Shown: piece after piece, positions 28,489 through 42,704 of the stretch
How the letters are laid out: each line of letters begins with the position of its first letter
Numbering within the stretch: position 1 is the first letter of the stretch
Assembly (NCBI RefSeq): GCF_009914755.1
Contig: NC_060948.1
Strand: one strand, 5' to 3'
Source: the human T2T-CHM13v2.0 reference genome, Homo sapiens
DNA length: 64,000 bases
Notes under the pieces: model-generated
What the model saw: only the letters and a program-made list of their open reading frames with translations
The model's database searches: none
What the model was told of the DNA's origin: nothing
Program-made: the position numbers and the translations under genes

Positions 28489-31400
28489 GTCTCGAATGGA
28501 ATAAAAATGTATGGAATGGAATGCAATGAAACGGAATCGAATGTCATAGAATGTAATGGAATGCAAAAAAATGGAATCCAAAATCATTGACTGGAAAGGC
28601 TGGGTGTCGAAAGGAATTGACTCCAATGGAATGGAATCGAATGGAATGGAAGTGAATAGAATCGAACTAAATCGAATGGAATGGAATTGATAGGAACGGA
28701 ATGGAAAGGAATGCAATGATTTGGCATGGAATGGAATCGAATGGCATCGAATGGAATGGAATGGAATGCAATGGAATGGAATGTATTAGAATGTAATGAA
28801 CTTTAATGGAATGTACTCGAATGGATTCGACTGGAATGGAATGTTCTGGAAGTGAATGGACTCCAATGGAATGGATTCAAAAGGAATGGAATCGTACGGA
28901 ATGGAATCTAATGGAATGGAATTAAATGGAAATGAATCAAATTGAATAGCACGGAATTGAATTGAATGGAATGGAATGCAATGGAATCTAATGAAACTGA
29001 AAGGAAAGGAATGGAATGGAATGGAATGGGCTGGAATGGAAAGGAATCGAAACGAATGGAATGGAATCGAACTGAAGAGACTGGAATGGAATGCACTGGA
29101 ATGGAAGGGAGTGTAATGGAAGGTTCTCGAAAAAAATGGAATCGAATGGAATGGAATTGAATGGAACGGAATAGAGTCGAATGGAATTGAATGGAATGGA
29201 ATGGACTAGAGTGAAATGGAATCGAACCACAAGGAATGGACAGGAATAGAATGGTCTCGAATTGAATGGAATCGTATGGAATGGCATCAAACGGAATGGA
29301 ATGGACAGCCACGGAATGGAATGCACTCGAATGCAATGGAGTCGAAACTAATGGACTGGAATAGAATGGACTCGACTGGTACGGACTCCAATGGAATGGA
29401 ATCGAATGGAAGGGAATCGAACGGAATGGACTCGAAGGGAAAAGACTGCAATGGAAAGGTCTCGAATGGAATGGAAATTAATGGAATGGAATGGAATCGA
29501 ATGAAATGGAGTCAAAAGGAATGGAATCGAATGGCAAGAAATCGAATGTAATGGAATCGCAAGGAATTGATGTGAACGGAACGGAATGGAATGGAATCCA
29601 AAGGAATGGAATAGAATGGAATGGAATCGAATGGAAAGGACTCGAATGGAAATCACTCGAATAGAATGCAATTTAATAAAATAGGATCAAATGTAATGGA
29701 ATGGAATGGAAAGGAATCGAAACGAAAGGAATGGAGACAGATGGAATGGAATGGAACAGAGAGCAATGGTATAGAATGGAATGGAATCATCTGGAATGGA
29801 ATTGAATGGAATGGAATAATATGAAATGGAATGGAATGGAATGGAATGGAATGCCCTTGAATTAAATGGACTGGAATGGAATGGACTCGAACAGAGTGTA
29901 ATGGAAAGTGTTGAGATAGAATGGAATGGACTCCTTTGGAATGGTGTAGTATGCAATGCAATCGACTGGCAGGGAATCAAAAGGAATGTAATGGAATGGA
30001 TTGGACTGGAATGCAATGGACTCGAATAGATTGGAAACGGAATGCAAAGGAATGGAATGGAATAGTATGGAATGGAATGGAAAGGAATGGAGTGGAATAG
30101 ACTAGAGTGGAATGGAATGGACTGGAAAGCAATGGACTGGAATGGAACTTTCTTGAATGGACTGGAATCAAACGGAATGGAATGCAATGCAATCAAATGG
30201 CATGGAATAAAATAGAATGAAAGAGAATCAAATGGAATTGAATCGAATGGAATCGAATGGATTGGAAAGGAATAGAATGGAATGGAATGGAATTCACTCA
30301 AATGGAATGGACTAGAATGGAATGGATTCGAATGGAAGGCAAAGGAATGGAATCTATTGGAATGGACTGTAATGGAATGGAATGGAAGGGATTGGAATGG
30401 ACTCGAATGGAATGGACTGCAATAGAAAGGATTCGAATGGAATGAAAAAGAATTGAATGGAATAGAACAGAATGGAATCAAATCGAATGAAATGGAATGG
30501 AATAGAAAGGAATGGAATGAAATGGAATGGAAAGGATTCGAATGGAATGCAATCGAATGGAATGGAATCGAACGGAATGGAATAAAATGGAAGAAAACTG
30601 GCAAGAAATGGAATCGAAATGAATGGAGTGTTATGGAACGGACTCAAAAGGAATTGAATGTAATAGAATGGAGTGGAGTGGACTCGAATATAATGGACTG
30701 GAATGGAATGAAATCACAAGGAATGGGAACGAATGGAATGGAATGGAAAGGAATGGAATCGAATGGAAAGGAATCGAATGGAAGGGAATGAAATTGAATC
30801 AACAGGAATGGAAGGGAATAGAATAGACGGTAATGGAATGGACTCGAATAGAATGGACACGAATGCTCAAATTGAATGGACTCGAATGGAATGGAAACGA
30901 AAGGAATGTCATCGAATGGAATTGAATGGATTGGAATGAAATCGCATAGAATGGAGTGGAATCAAATGGAATTGAATCGAAAGGAAAGGAAGCGAATGGA
31001 CTGAAATGAAATGGAATGGAATTGAATGGAAAGTAATGCAATGGAATAGAATGGAACGAAATTTCACGGAATGGAATCAAACTGAATGGAATCAAATCAA
31101 TGGAATCAAATCAAATGGAATGGAAAGGAATTGAATGGAGTAGATTGGATTGGATGGGATTGGAATGAAATGTACTGGAAAGGACTCGAATTTCATGAAA
31201 CGGAATGGAATGAATTGGAACGGAATGGACTCGAATGGAATGGAATGTCATGGAATGGCATCAAATGGAATGGAATCGAATGCAATGGAATGCTATGGAA
31301 TGGAATGGAATGCATTGGAATGGAATGTCCTCTAATGGAATGGATTCGAGTGGAATGGAATCGAATATAATGGAGTCGAATGAAATGGAATTGAAAGGAA

Positions 31401-32052
31401 TGGGATCGAATACAATGGAATATACTGGAATGTAATGTAATGAACTCGAATGTAATTGACTGGAATGGAATGTACATGAATGGAATGTAATCGAATGGAA
31501 AGTAATCCAATGGAATAGAATCTAATGCAATAAAATCGACTCAGATAGAGTAGAATGTAATGGAATGGAGTGCAGTGCAATGGAATGGAATGGAATGGAA
31601 TGCAATGGAATGGAATGGAATGGAATGGAATGGAATGGAATGGAATGGAATGGGATGGAATGGGATGGAATGGTATGGAATGGATAGTAATGGACTGGAG
31701 TGAAATGGACTGGAAAGGAATGGACTCAAATTGAAAGGGCTCGAAAGGAATGGAGTCAAATGGAATGGTCTGGAATGGAATGAACACGAATGTAATGCAA
31801 TCCAATAGAATGGAATCGAATGGCATGGAATATAAAGAAATGGAATCGAAGAGAATGGAAACAAATGGAATGGAATTGAATGGAATGGAATTGAATGGAA
31901 TGGGAACGAATGGAGTGAAATTGTATGCAGTAGAAGGGAATAGAATGGAATGCAAGCGAAAGGAAAGGAATGGATTGGAATGGAATGGAATTCATTGGAA
32001 TGGAAGGGAATGTAGTGTAATGGACAGGCCTGGAATAAAGTGGAATGCTACG
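28489..32052 (+). repeat. Unit U9 (3,564 bp)
   Basis: Anchor to anchor. Extra GAATTC at 30290-30295. Only one copy of ggcatcaaatggaat near 31257. Confidence 0.93.
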
Positions 32053-35000
32053 GTCTCGAATGGAATAAAAATGTATGGAATGGAATGCAATGAAACGGAA
32101 TCGAATGTCATAGAATGTAATGGAATGCAACAAAATGGAATCCAAAATCATTGACTGGAAAGGCTGGGTGTCGAAAGGAATTGACTCCAATGGAATGGAA
32201 TCGAATGGAATGGAAGTGAATAGAATCGAACTAAATCGAATGGAATGGAATTGATAGGAACGGAATGGAAAGGAATGCAATGATTTGGCATGGAATGGAA
32301 TCGAATGGCATCGAATGGAATGGAATGGAATGCAATGGAATGGAATGTATTAGAATGTAATGAACTTTAATGGAATGTACTCGAATGGATTCGACTGGAA
32401 TGGAATGTTCTGGAAGTGAATGGACTCCAATGGAATGGATTCAAAAGGAATGGAATCGTACGGAATGGAATCTAATGGAATGGAATTAAATGGAAATGAA
32501 TCAAATTGAATAGCACGGAATTGAATTGAATGGAATGGAATGCAATGGAATCTAATGAAACGGAAAGGAAAGGAATGGAATGGAATGGAATGGGCTGGAA
32601 TGGAAAGGAATCGAAACGAATGGAATGGAATCGAACTGAAGAGACTGGAATGGAATGCACTGGAATGGAAGGGAGTGTAATGGAAGGTTCTCGAAAAAAA
32701 TGGAATGGAATGGAATGGAATTGAATGGAACGGAATAGAGTCGAATGGAATTGAATGGAATGGAATGGACTAGAGTGAAATGGAATCGAACCACAAGGAA
32801 TGGACAGGAATAGAATGGTCTCGAATTGAATGGAATCGTATGGAATGGCATCAAACGGAATGGAATGGACAGCCACGGAATGGAATGCACTCGAATGCAA
32901 TGGAGTCGAAACTAATGGACTGGAATAGAATGGACTCGACTGGTACGGACTCCAATGGAATGGAATCGAATGGAAGGGAATCGAACGGAATGGACTCGAA
33001 GGGAAAAGACTGCAATGGAAAGGTCTCGAATGGAATGGAAATTAATGGAATGGAATGGAATCGAATGAAAAGGAGTCAAAAGGAATGGAATCGAATGGCA
33101 AGAAATCGAATGTAATGGAATCGCAAGGAATTGATGTGAACGGAACGGAATGGAATGGAATCCAAAGGAATGGAATAGAATGGAATGGAATCGAATGGAA
33201 AGGACTCGAATGGAAATCACTCGAATAGAATGCAATTTAATAAAATAGGATCAAATGTAATGGAATGGAATGGAAAGGAATCGAAACGAAAGGAATGGAG
33301 ACAGATGGAATGGAATGGAACAGAGAGCAATGGTATAGAATGGAATGGAATCATCTGGAATGGAATTGAATGGAATGGAATAATATGAAATGGAATGGAA
33401 TGGAATGGAATGGAATGCCCTTGAATTAAATGGACTGGAATGGAATGGACTCGAACAGAGTGGAATGGAAAGTGTTGAGATAGAATGGAATGGACTCCTT
33501 TGGAATGGTGTAGTATGCAATGCAATCGACTGGCACGGAATGAAAAGGAATGTAATGGAATGGATTGGACTGGAATGCAATGGACTCGAATAGATTGCAA
33601 ACGGAATGCAAAGGAATGGAATGGAATAGTATGGAATGGAATGGAAAGGAATGGAGTGGAATAGACTAGAGTGGAATGGAATGGACTGGAAAGCAATGGA
33701 CTGGAATGGAACTTTCTTGAATGGACTGGAATCAAACGGAATGGAATGCAATGCAATCAAATGGCATGGAATAAAATTGAATGAAAGAGAATCAAATGGA
33801 ATTGAATCGAATGGAATCGAATGGATTGGAAAGGAATAGAATGGAATGGAATGGAATTGACTCAAATGGAATGGACTAGAATGGAATGGATTCGAATGGA
33901 AGGCAAAGGAATGGAATCTATTGGAATGGACTGTAATGGAATGGAATGGAAGGGATTGGAATGGACTCGAATGGAATGGACTGCAATAGAAAGGATTCGA
34001 ATGGAATGAAAAAGAATTGAATGGAATAGAACAGAATGGAATCAAATCGAATGAAATGGAATGGAATAGAAAGGAATGGAATGAAATGGAATGGAAAGGA
34101 TTCGAATGGAATGCAATCGAATGGAATGGAATCGAACGGAATGGAATAAAATGGAAGAAAACAGGCAAGAAATGGAATCGAAAGGAATGGAGTGTTATGG
34201 AACGGACTCAAAAGGAATTGAATGTAATAGAATGGAGTGGAGTGGACTCGAATATAATGGACTGGAATGGAATGAAATCACATGGAATGGGAACGAATGG
34301 AATGGAATGGAAAGGAATGGAATCGAATGGAAAGGAATCGAATGGAAGGGAATGAAATTGAATCAACAGGAATGGAAGGGAATAGAATAGACGGTAATGG
34401 AATGGACTCGAATAGAATGGACACGAATGCTCAAATTGAATGGACTCGAATGGAATGGAAACGAAAGGAATGTCATCGAATGGAATTGAATGGATTGGAA
34501 TGAAATCGCATAGAATGGAGTGGAATCAAATGGAATTGAATCGAAAGGAAAGGAAGTGAATGGACTGAAATGAAATGGAATGGAATTGAATGGAAAGTAA
34601 TGCAATGGAATAGAATGGAACGAAATTTCACGGAATGGAATCAAACTGAATGGAATCAAATCAATGGAATCAAATCAAATGGAATGGAAAGGAATTGAAT
34701 GGAGTAGATTGGATTGGATGGGATTGGAATGAAATGTACTGGAAAGGACTCGAATTTCATGAAACGGAATGGAATGAATTGGAACGGAATGGACTCGAAT
34801 GGAATGGAATGTCATGGAATGGCATCAAATGGAATGGCATCAAATGGAATGGAATCGAATGCAATGGAATGCTATGGAATGGAATGGAATGCATTGGAAT
34901 GGAATGTCCTCTAATGGAATGGATTCGAGTGGAATGGAATCGAATATAATGGAGTCGAATGAAATGGAATTGAAAGGAATGGGATCGAATACAATGGAAT

Positions 35001-35606
35001 ATACTGGAATGTAATGTAATGAACTCGAATGTAATTGACTGGAATGGAATGTACATGAATGGAATGTAATCGAATGGAAAGTAATCCAATGGAATAGAAT
35101 CTAATGCAATAAAATCGACTCAGATAGAGTAGAATGTAATGGAATGGAGTGCAGTGCAATGCAATGGAATGGAATGGAATGCAATGGAATGGAATGGAAT
35201 GGAATGGAATGGAATGGGATGGAATGGTATGGAATGGATAGTAGTGGACTGGAGTGAAATGGACTGGAAAGGAATGGACTCAAATTGAAAGGGCTCGAAA
35301 GGAATGGAGTCAAATGGAATGGTCTGGAATGGAATGAACACGAATGTAATGCAATCCAATAGAATGGAATCGAATGGCATGGAATATAAAGAAATGGAAT
35401 CGAAGAGAATGGAAACAAATAGAATGGAATTGAATGGAATGGAATTGAATGGAATGGGAACGAATGGAGTGAAATTGTATGCAGTAGAAGGGAATAGAAT
35501 GGAATGCAAGCGAAAGGAAAGGAATGGATTGGAATGGAATGGAATTCATTGGAATGGAAGGGAATGTAGTGTAATGGACAGGCCTGGAATAAAGTGGAAT
35601 GCTACG
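32053..35606 (+). repeat. Unit U10 (3,554 bp)
   Basis: Anchor to anchor. Distal part shares private variants with U12. Confidence 0.93.
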
Positions 35607-38600
35607 GTCTCGAATGGAATAAAAATGTATGGAATGGAATGCAATGAAACGGAATCGAATGTCATAGAATGTAATGGAATGCAAAAAAATGGAATCCAAA
35701 ATCATTGACTGGAAAGGCTGGGTGTCGAAAGGAATTGACTCCAATGGAATGGAATCGAATGGAGTAGAAGTGAATAGAATCGAACTAAATCGAATGGAAT
35801 GGAATTGATAGGAACGGAATGGAAAGGAATGCAATGATTTGGCACGGAATGGAATCGAATGACATCGAATGGAATGGAATGGAATGCAATGGAATGGAAC
35901 GTATTAGAATGTAATGAACTTTAATGGAATGTACTCGAATGGATTCGACTGGAATGGAATGTTATGGAAGTGAATGGACTCCAATGGAATGGATTCAAAA
36001 GGAATGGAATCGTACGGAATGGAATCTAATGGAATGGAATTAAATGGAAATGAATCAAATTGAATAGCACGGAATTGAATTGAATGGAATCGAATGCAAT
36101 GGAATCTAATGAAACGGAAAGGAAAGGAATGGAATGGAATGGAATGGGCTGGAATGGAAAGGAATCGAAACGAATGGAATGGAATCGAACTGAAGAGACT
36201 GGAATGGAATGCACTGGAATGGAAGGGAGTGTAATGGAAGTTTCTCGAAAAAAATGGAATCGAATGGAATGGAATTGAATGGAACGGAATAGAGTCGAAT
36301 GGAATTGAATGGAATGGAATGGACTAGAGTGAAATGGAATCGAACCACAAGGAATGGACAGGAATAGAATGGTCTCGAATTGAATGGAATCGTATGGAAT
36401 GGCATCAAACGGAATGGAATGGACAGCCACGGAATGGAATGCACTCGAATGCAATGGAGTCGAAACTAATGGACTGGAATAGAATGGACTCGACTGGTAC
36501 GGACTCCAATGGAATGGAATCGAATGGAAGGGAATCGAACGGAATGGACTCGAAGGGAAAAGACTGCAATGGAAAGGTCTCGAATGGAATGGAAATAAAT
36601 GGAATGGAATGGAATCGAATGAAATGGAGTCAAAAGGAATGGAATCGAATGGCAAGAAATCGAATGTAATGGAATCGCAAGGAATTGATGTGAACGCAAC
36701 GGAATGGAATGGAATCCAAAGGAATGGAATAAAATGGAATGGAATCGAATGGAAAGGACTCGAATGGAAATCACTCGAATAGAATGCAATTTAATAAAAT
36801 AGGACCAAATGTAATGGAATGGAATGGAAAGGAATCGAAACGGAAGGAATGGAGACAGATGGAATGGAATGGAACAGAGAGCAATGGTATAGAATGGAAT
36901 GGAATCATCTGGAATGGAATGGAATAGAATGGAATGAAATGCCCTTGAATTAAATGGACTGGAATGGAATGGACTCGAACAGAGTGGAATGGAAAGTGTT
37001 GAGATAGAATGGAATGGACTCTTTTGGAATGGTCTAGTATGCAATGCAATCGACTGGCAGGGAATCAAAAGGAATGTAATCGAATGGATTGGACTGGAAT
37101 GCAATGGACTTGAATAGATTGCAAACGGGATGCAAAGTAATGGAATGGAATAGTATGGAATGGAATGGAAAGGAATGGAGTGGAATAGACTAGAGTGGAA
37201 TGGAATGGACTGGAAAGAAATGGACTGGAATGGAACTTTCTTGAATGGACTGGAATCAAACGGAATGGAATGCAATGCAATCAAATGGCATGGAATAAAA
37301 TAGAATGAAAGAGAATCAAATGGAATTGAATCGAATGGAATCGAATGGATTGGAAAGGAATAGAATGGAATGGAATGGAATTGACTCAAATGGAATGGAC
37401 TAGAATGGAATGGATTCGAATGGAAGGCAAAGGAATGGAATCTATTGGAATGGAATGTAATGGAATGGAATGGAAGGGATTGGAATGGACTCGAATGGAA
37501 TGGACTGCAATAGAAAGGATTCGAATGGAATGAAAAAGAATTGAATGGAATAAAACAGAATGGAATGAAATCGAATGAAATGGAATGGAATAGAAAGGAA
37601 TGGAATGAAATGGAATGGAAAGGATTCGAATGGAATGCAATCGAATGGAATGGAATCGAACGGAATGGAATAAAATGGAAGAAAACTGGCAAGAAATGGA
37701 ATCGAAATGAATGGAGTGTTATGGAACGGACTCAAAAGGAATTGAATGTAATAGAATGGAGTGGAGTGGACTCGAATATAATGGACTGGAATGGAATGAA
37801 ATCACATGGAATGGGAACGAATGGAATGGAATGGAAAGGAATGGAATCGAATGGAAAGGAATCGAATGGAAGGGAATGAAATTGAATCAACAGGAATGGA
37901 AGGGAATAGAATAGACGGTAATGGAATGGACTCGAATAGAATGGACACGAATGCTCAAATTGAATGGACTCGAATGGAATGGAAACGAAAGGAATGTCAT
38001 CGAATGGAATTGAATGGATTGGAATGAAATCGCATAGAATGGAGTGGAATCAAATGGAATTGAATCGAAAGGAAAGGAAGCGAATGGACTGAAATGAAAT
38101 GGAATGGAATTGAATGGAAAGTAATGCAATGGAATAGAATGGAACGAAATTTCACGGAATGGAATCAAACTGAATGGAATCAAATCAATGGAATCAAATC
38201 AAATGGAATGGAAAGGAATTGAATGGAGTAGATTGGATTGGATGGGATTGGAATGAAATGTACTGGAAAGGACTCGAATTTCATGAAACGGAATGGAATG
38301 AATTGGAACGGAATGGACTCGAATGGAATGGAATGTCATGGAATGGCATCAAATGGAATGGCATCAAATGGAATGGAATCGAATGCAATGGAATGCTATG
38401 GAATGGAATGGAATGCATTGGAATGGAATGTCCCCTAATGGAATGGATTCGAGTGGAATGGAATCGAATATAATGGAGTCGAATGAAATGGAATTGAAAG
38501 GAATGGGATCGAATAGAATGGAATATACTGGAATGTAATGTAATGAACTCGAATGTAATTGACTGGAATGGAATGTACATGAATGGAATGTAATCGAATG

Positions 38601-39150
38601 GAAAGTAATCCAATGGAATAGAATCTAATGCAATAAAACCGACTCAGATAGAGTAGAATGTAATGGAATGGAGTGCAGTGCAATGGAAGGGAATGGAATT
38701 GAATGCAATGGAATGGAATGGAATGGAATGGAATGGAATGGAATGGAATGGAATGGAATGGGATGGAATGGTATGGAATGGATAGTAATGGACTGGAGTG
38801 AAATGGACTGGAAAGGAATGGACTCAAATTGAAAGGGCTCGAAAGGAATGGAGTCAAATGGAATGGTCTGGAATGGAATGAACACGAATGTAATGCAATC
38901 CAATAGAATGGAATCGAATGGCATGGAATATAAAGAAATGGAATCGAAGAGAATGGAAACAAATGGAATGGAATTGAATGGAATGGAATTGAATGGAATG
39001 GGAACGAATGGAGTGAAATTGTATGCAGTAGAAGGGAATAGAATGGAATGCAAGCGAAAGGAAAGGAATGGATTGGAATGGAATGGAATTCATTGGAATG
39101 GAAGGGAATGTAGTGTAATGGACAGGCCTGGAATAAAGTGGAATGCTACG
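35607..39150 (+). repeat. Unit U11 (3,544 bp)
   Basis: Anchor to anchor. 30-bp deletion within 36911-36940. Confidence 0.93.
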
Positions 39151-42100
39151 GTCTCGAATGGAATAAAAATGTATGGAATGGAATGCAATGAAACGGAATC
39201 GAATGTCATAGAATGTAATGGAATGCAAAAAAATGGAATCCAAAATCATTGACTGGAAAGGCTGGGTGTCGAAAGGAATTGACTCCAATGGAATGGAATC
39301 GAATGGAATGGAAGTGAATAGAATCGAACTAAATCGAATGGAATGGAATTGATAGGAACGGAATGGAAAGGAATGCAATGATTTGGCATGGAATGGAATC
39401 GAATGGCATCGAATGGAATGGAATGGAATGCAATGGAATGGAATGTATTAGAATGTAATGAACTTTAATGGAATGTACTCGAATGGATTCGACTGGAATG
39501 GAATGTTCTGGAAGTGAATGGACTCCAATGGAATGGATTCCAAAGGAATGGAATCGTACGGAATGGAATCTAATGGAATGGAATTAAATGGAAATGAATC
39601 AAATTGAATAGCACGGAATTGAATTGAATGGAATGGAATGCAATGGAATCTAATGAAACGGAAAGGAAAGGAATGGAATGGAATGGAATGGACTGGAATG
39701 GAAAGGAATCGAAACGAATGGAATGGAATCGAACTGAAGAGACTGGAATGGAATGCACTGGAATGGAAGGGAGTGTAATGGAAGGTTCTCGAAAAAAATG
39801 GAATCGAATGGAATGGAATTGAATGGAACGGAATAGAGTCGAATGGAATTGAATGGAATGGAATGGACTAGAGTGAAATGGAATCGAACCACAAGGAATG
39901 GACATGAATAGAATGGTCTCGAATTGAATGGAATCGTATGGAATGGCATCAAACGGAATGGAATGGACAGCCACGGAATGGAATGCACTCGAATGCAATG
40001 GAGTCGAAACTAATGGACTGGAATAGAATGGACTCGACTGGTACGGACTCCAATGGAATGGAATCGAATGGAAGGGAATCGAACGGAATGGACTCGAAGG
40101 GAAATGACTGCAATGGAAAGGTCTCGAATGGAATGGAAATTAATGGAATGGAATGGAATCGAATGAAATGGAGTCAAAAGGAATGGAATCGAATGGCAAG
40201 AAATCGAATGTAATGGAATCACAAGGAATTGATGTGAACGGAACGGAATGGAATGGAATCCAAAGGAATGGAATAGAATGGAATGGAATCGAATGGAAAG
40301 GACTCGAATGGAAATCACTCGAATAGAATGCAATTTAATAAAATAGGATCAAATGTAATGGAATGGAATGGAAAGGAATCGAAACGAAAGGAATGGAGAC
40401 AGATGGAATGGAATGGAACAGAGAGCAATGGTATAGAATGGAATGGAATCATCTGGAATGGAATTGAATGGAATGGAATAATATGAAATGGAATGGAATG
40501 GAATGGAATGGAATGCCCTTGAATTAAATGGACTGGAATGGAATGGACTCGAACAGAGTGGAATGGAAAGTGTTGAGATAGAATGGAATGGACTCCTTTG
40601 GAATGGTGTAGTATGCAATGCAATCGACTGGCACGGAATCAAAAGGAATGTAATGGAATGGATTGGACTGGAATGCAATGGACTCGAATAGATTGCAAAC
40701 GGAATGCAAAGGAATGGAATGGAATAGTATGGAATGGAATGGAAAGGAATGGAGTGGAATAGACTAGAGTGGAATGGAATGGACTGGAAAGCAATGGACT
40801 GGAATGGAACTTTATTGAATGGACTGGAATCAAACGGAATGGAATGCAATGCAATCAAATGGCATGGAATAAAATAGAATGAAAGAGAATCAAATGGAAT
40901 TGAATCGAATGGAATCGAATGGATTGGAAAGGAATAGAATGGAATGGAATGGAATTGACTCAAATGGAATGGACTAGAATGGAATGGATTCGAATGGAAG
41001 GCAAAGGAATGGAATCTATTGGAATGGACTGTAATGGAATGGAATGGAAGGGATTGGAATGGACTCGAATGGAATGGACTGCAATAGAAAGGATTCGAAT
41101 GGAATGAAAAAGAATTGAATGGAATAGAACAGAATGGAATCAAATCGAATGAAATGGAATGGAATAGAAAGGAATGGAATGAAATGGAATGGAAAGGATT
41201 CGAATGGAATGCAATCGAATGGAATGGAATCGAACGGAATGGAATAAAATGGAAGAAAACAGGCAAGAAATGGAATCGAAAGGAATGGAGTGTTATGGAA
41301 CGGACTCAAAAGGAATTGAATGTAATAGAATGGAGTGGAGTGGACTCGAATATAATGGACTGGAATGGAATGAAATCACATGGAATGGGAACGAATGGAA
41401 TGGAATGGAAAGGAATGGAATCGAATGGAAAGGAATCGAATGGAAGGGAATGAAATTGAATCAACAGGAATGGAAGGGAATAGAATAGACGGTAATGGAA
41501 TGGACTCGAATAGAATGGACACGAATGCTCAAATTGAATGGACTCGAATGGAATGGAAACGAAAGGAATGTCATCGAATGGAATTGAATGGATTGGAATG
41601 AAATCGCATAGAATGGAGTGGAATCAAATGGAATTGAATCGAAAGGAAAGGAAGCGAATGGACTGAAATGAAATGGAATGGAATTGAATGGAAAGTAATG
41701 CAATGGAATAGAATGGAACGAAATTTCACGGAATGGAATCAAACTGAATGGAATCAAATCAATGGAATCAAATCAAATGGAATGGAAAGGAATTGAATGG
41801 AGTAGATTGGATTGGATGGGATTGGAATGAAATGTACTGGAAAGGACTCGAATTTCATGAAACGGAATGGAATGAATTGGAACGGAATGGACTCGAATGG
41901 AATGGAATGTCATGGAATGGCATCAAATGGAATGGCATCAAATGGAATGGAATCGAATGCAATGGAATGCTATGGAATGGAATGGAATGCATTGGAATGG
42001 AATGTCCTCTAATGGAATGGATTCGAGTGGAATGGAATCGAATATAATGGAGTCGAATGAAATGGAATTGAAAGGAATGGGATCGAATACAATGGAATAT

Positions 42101-42704
42101 ACTGGAATGTAATGTAATGAACTCGAATGTAATTGACTGGAATGGAATGTACATGAATGGAATGTAATCGAATGGAAAGTAATCCAATGGAATAGAATCT
42201 AATGCAATAAAATCGACTCAGATAGAGTAGAATGTAATGGAATGGAGTGCAGTGCAATGCAATGGAATGGAATGGAATGCAATGGAATGGAATGGAATGG
42301 AATGGAATGGAATGGGATGGAATGGTATGGAATGGATAGTAGTGGACTGGAGTGAAATGGACTGGAAAGGAATGGACTCAAATTGAAAGGGCTCGAAAGG
42401 AATGGAGTCAAATGGAATGGTCTGGAATGGAATGAACACGAATGTAATGCAATCCAATAGAATGGAATCGAATGGCATGGAATATAAAGAAATGGAATCG
42501 AAGAGAATGGAAACAAATGGAATGGAATTGAATGGAATGGAATTGAATGGAATGGGAACGAATGGAGTGAAATTGTATGCAGTAGAAGGGAATAGAATGG
42601 AATGCAAGCGAAAGGAAAGGAATGGATTGGAATGGAATGGAATTCATTGGACTGGAAGGGAATGTAGTGTAATGGACAGGCCTGGAATAAAGTGGAATGC
42701 TACG
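39151..42704 (+). repeat. Unit U12 (3,554 bp)
   Basis: Anchor to anchor. Confidence 0.93.
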
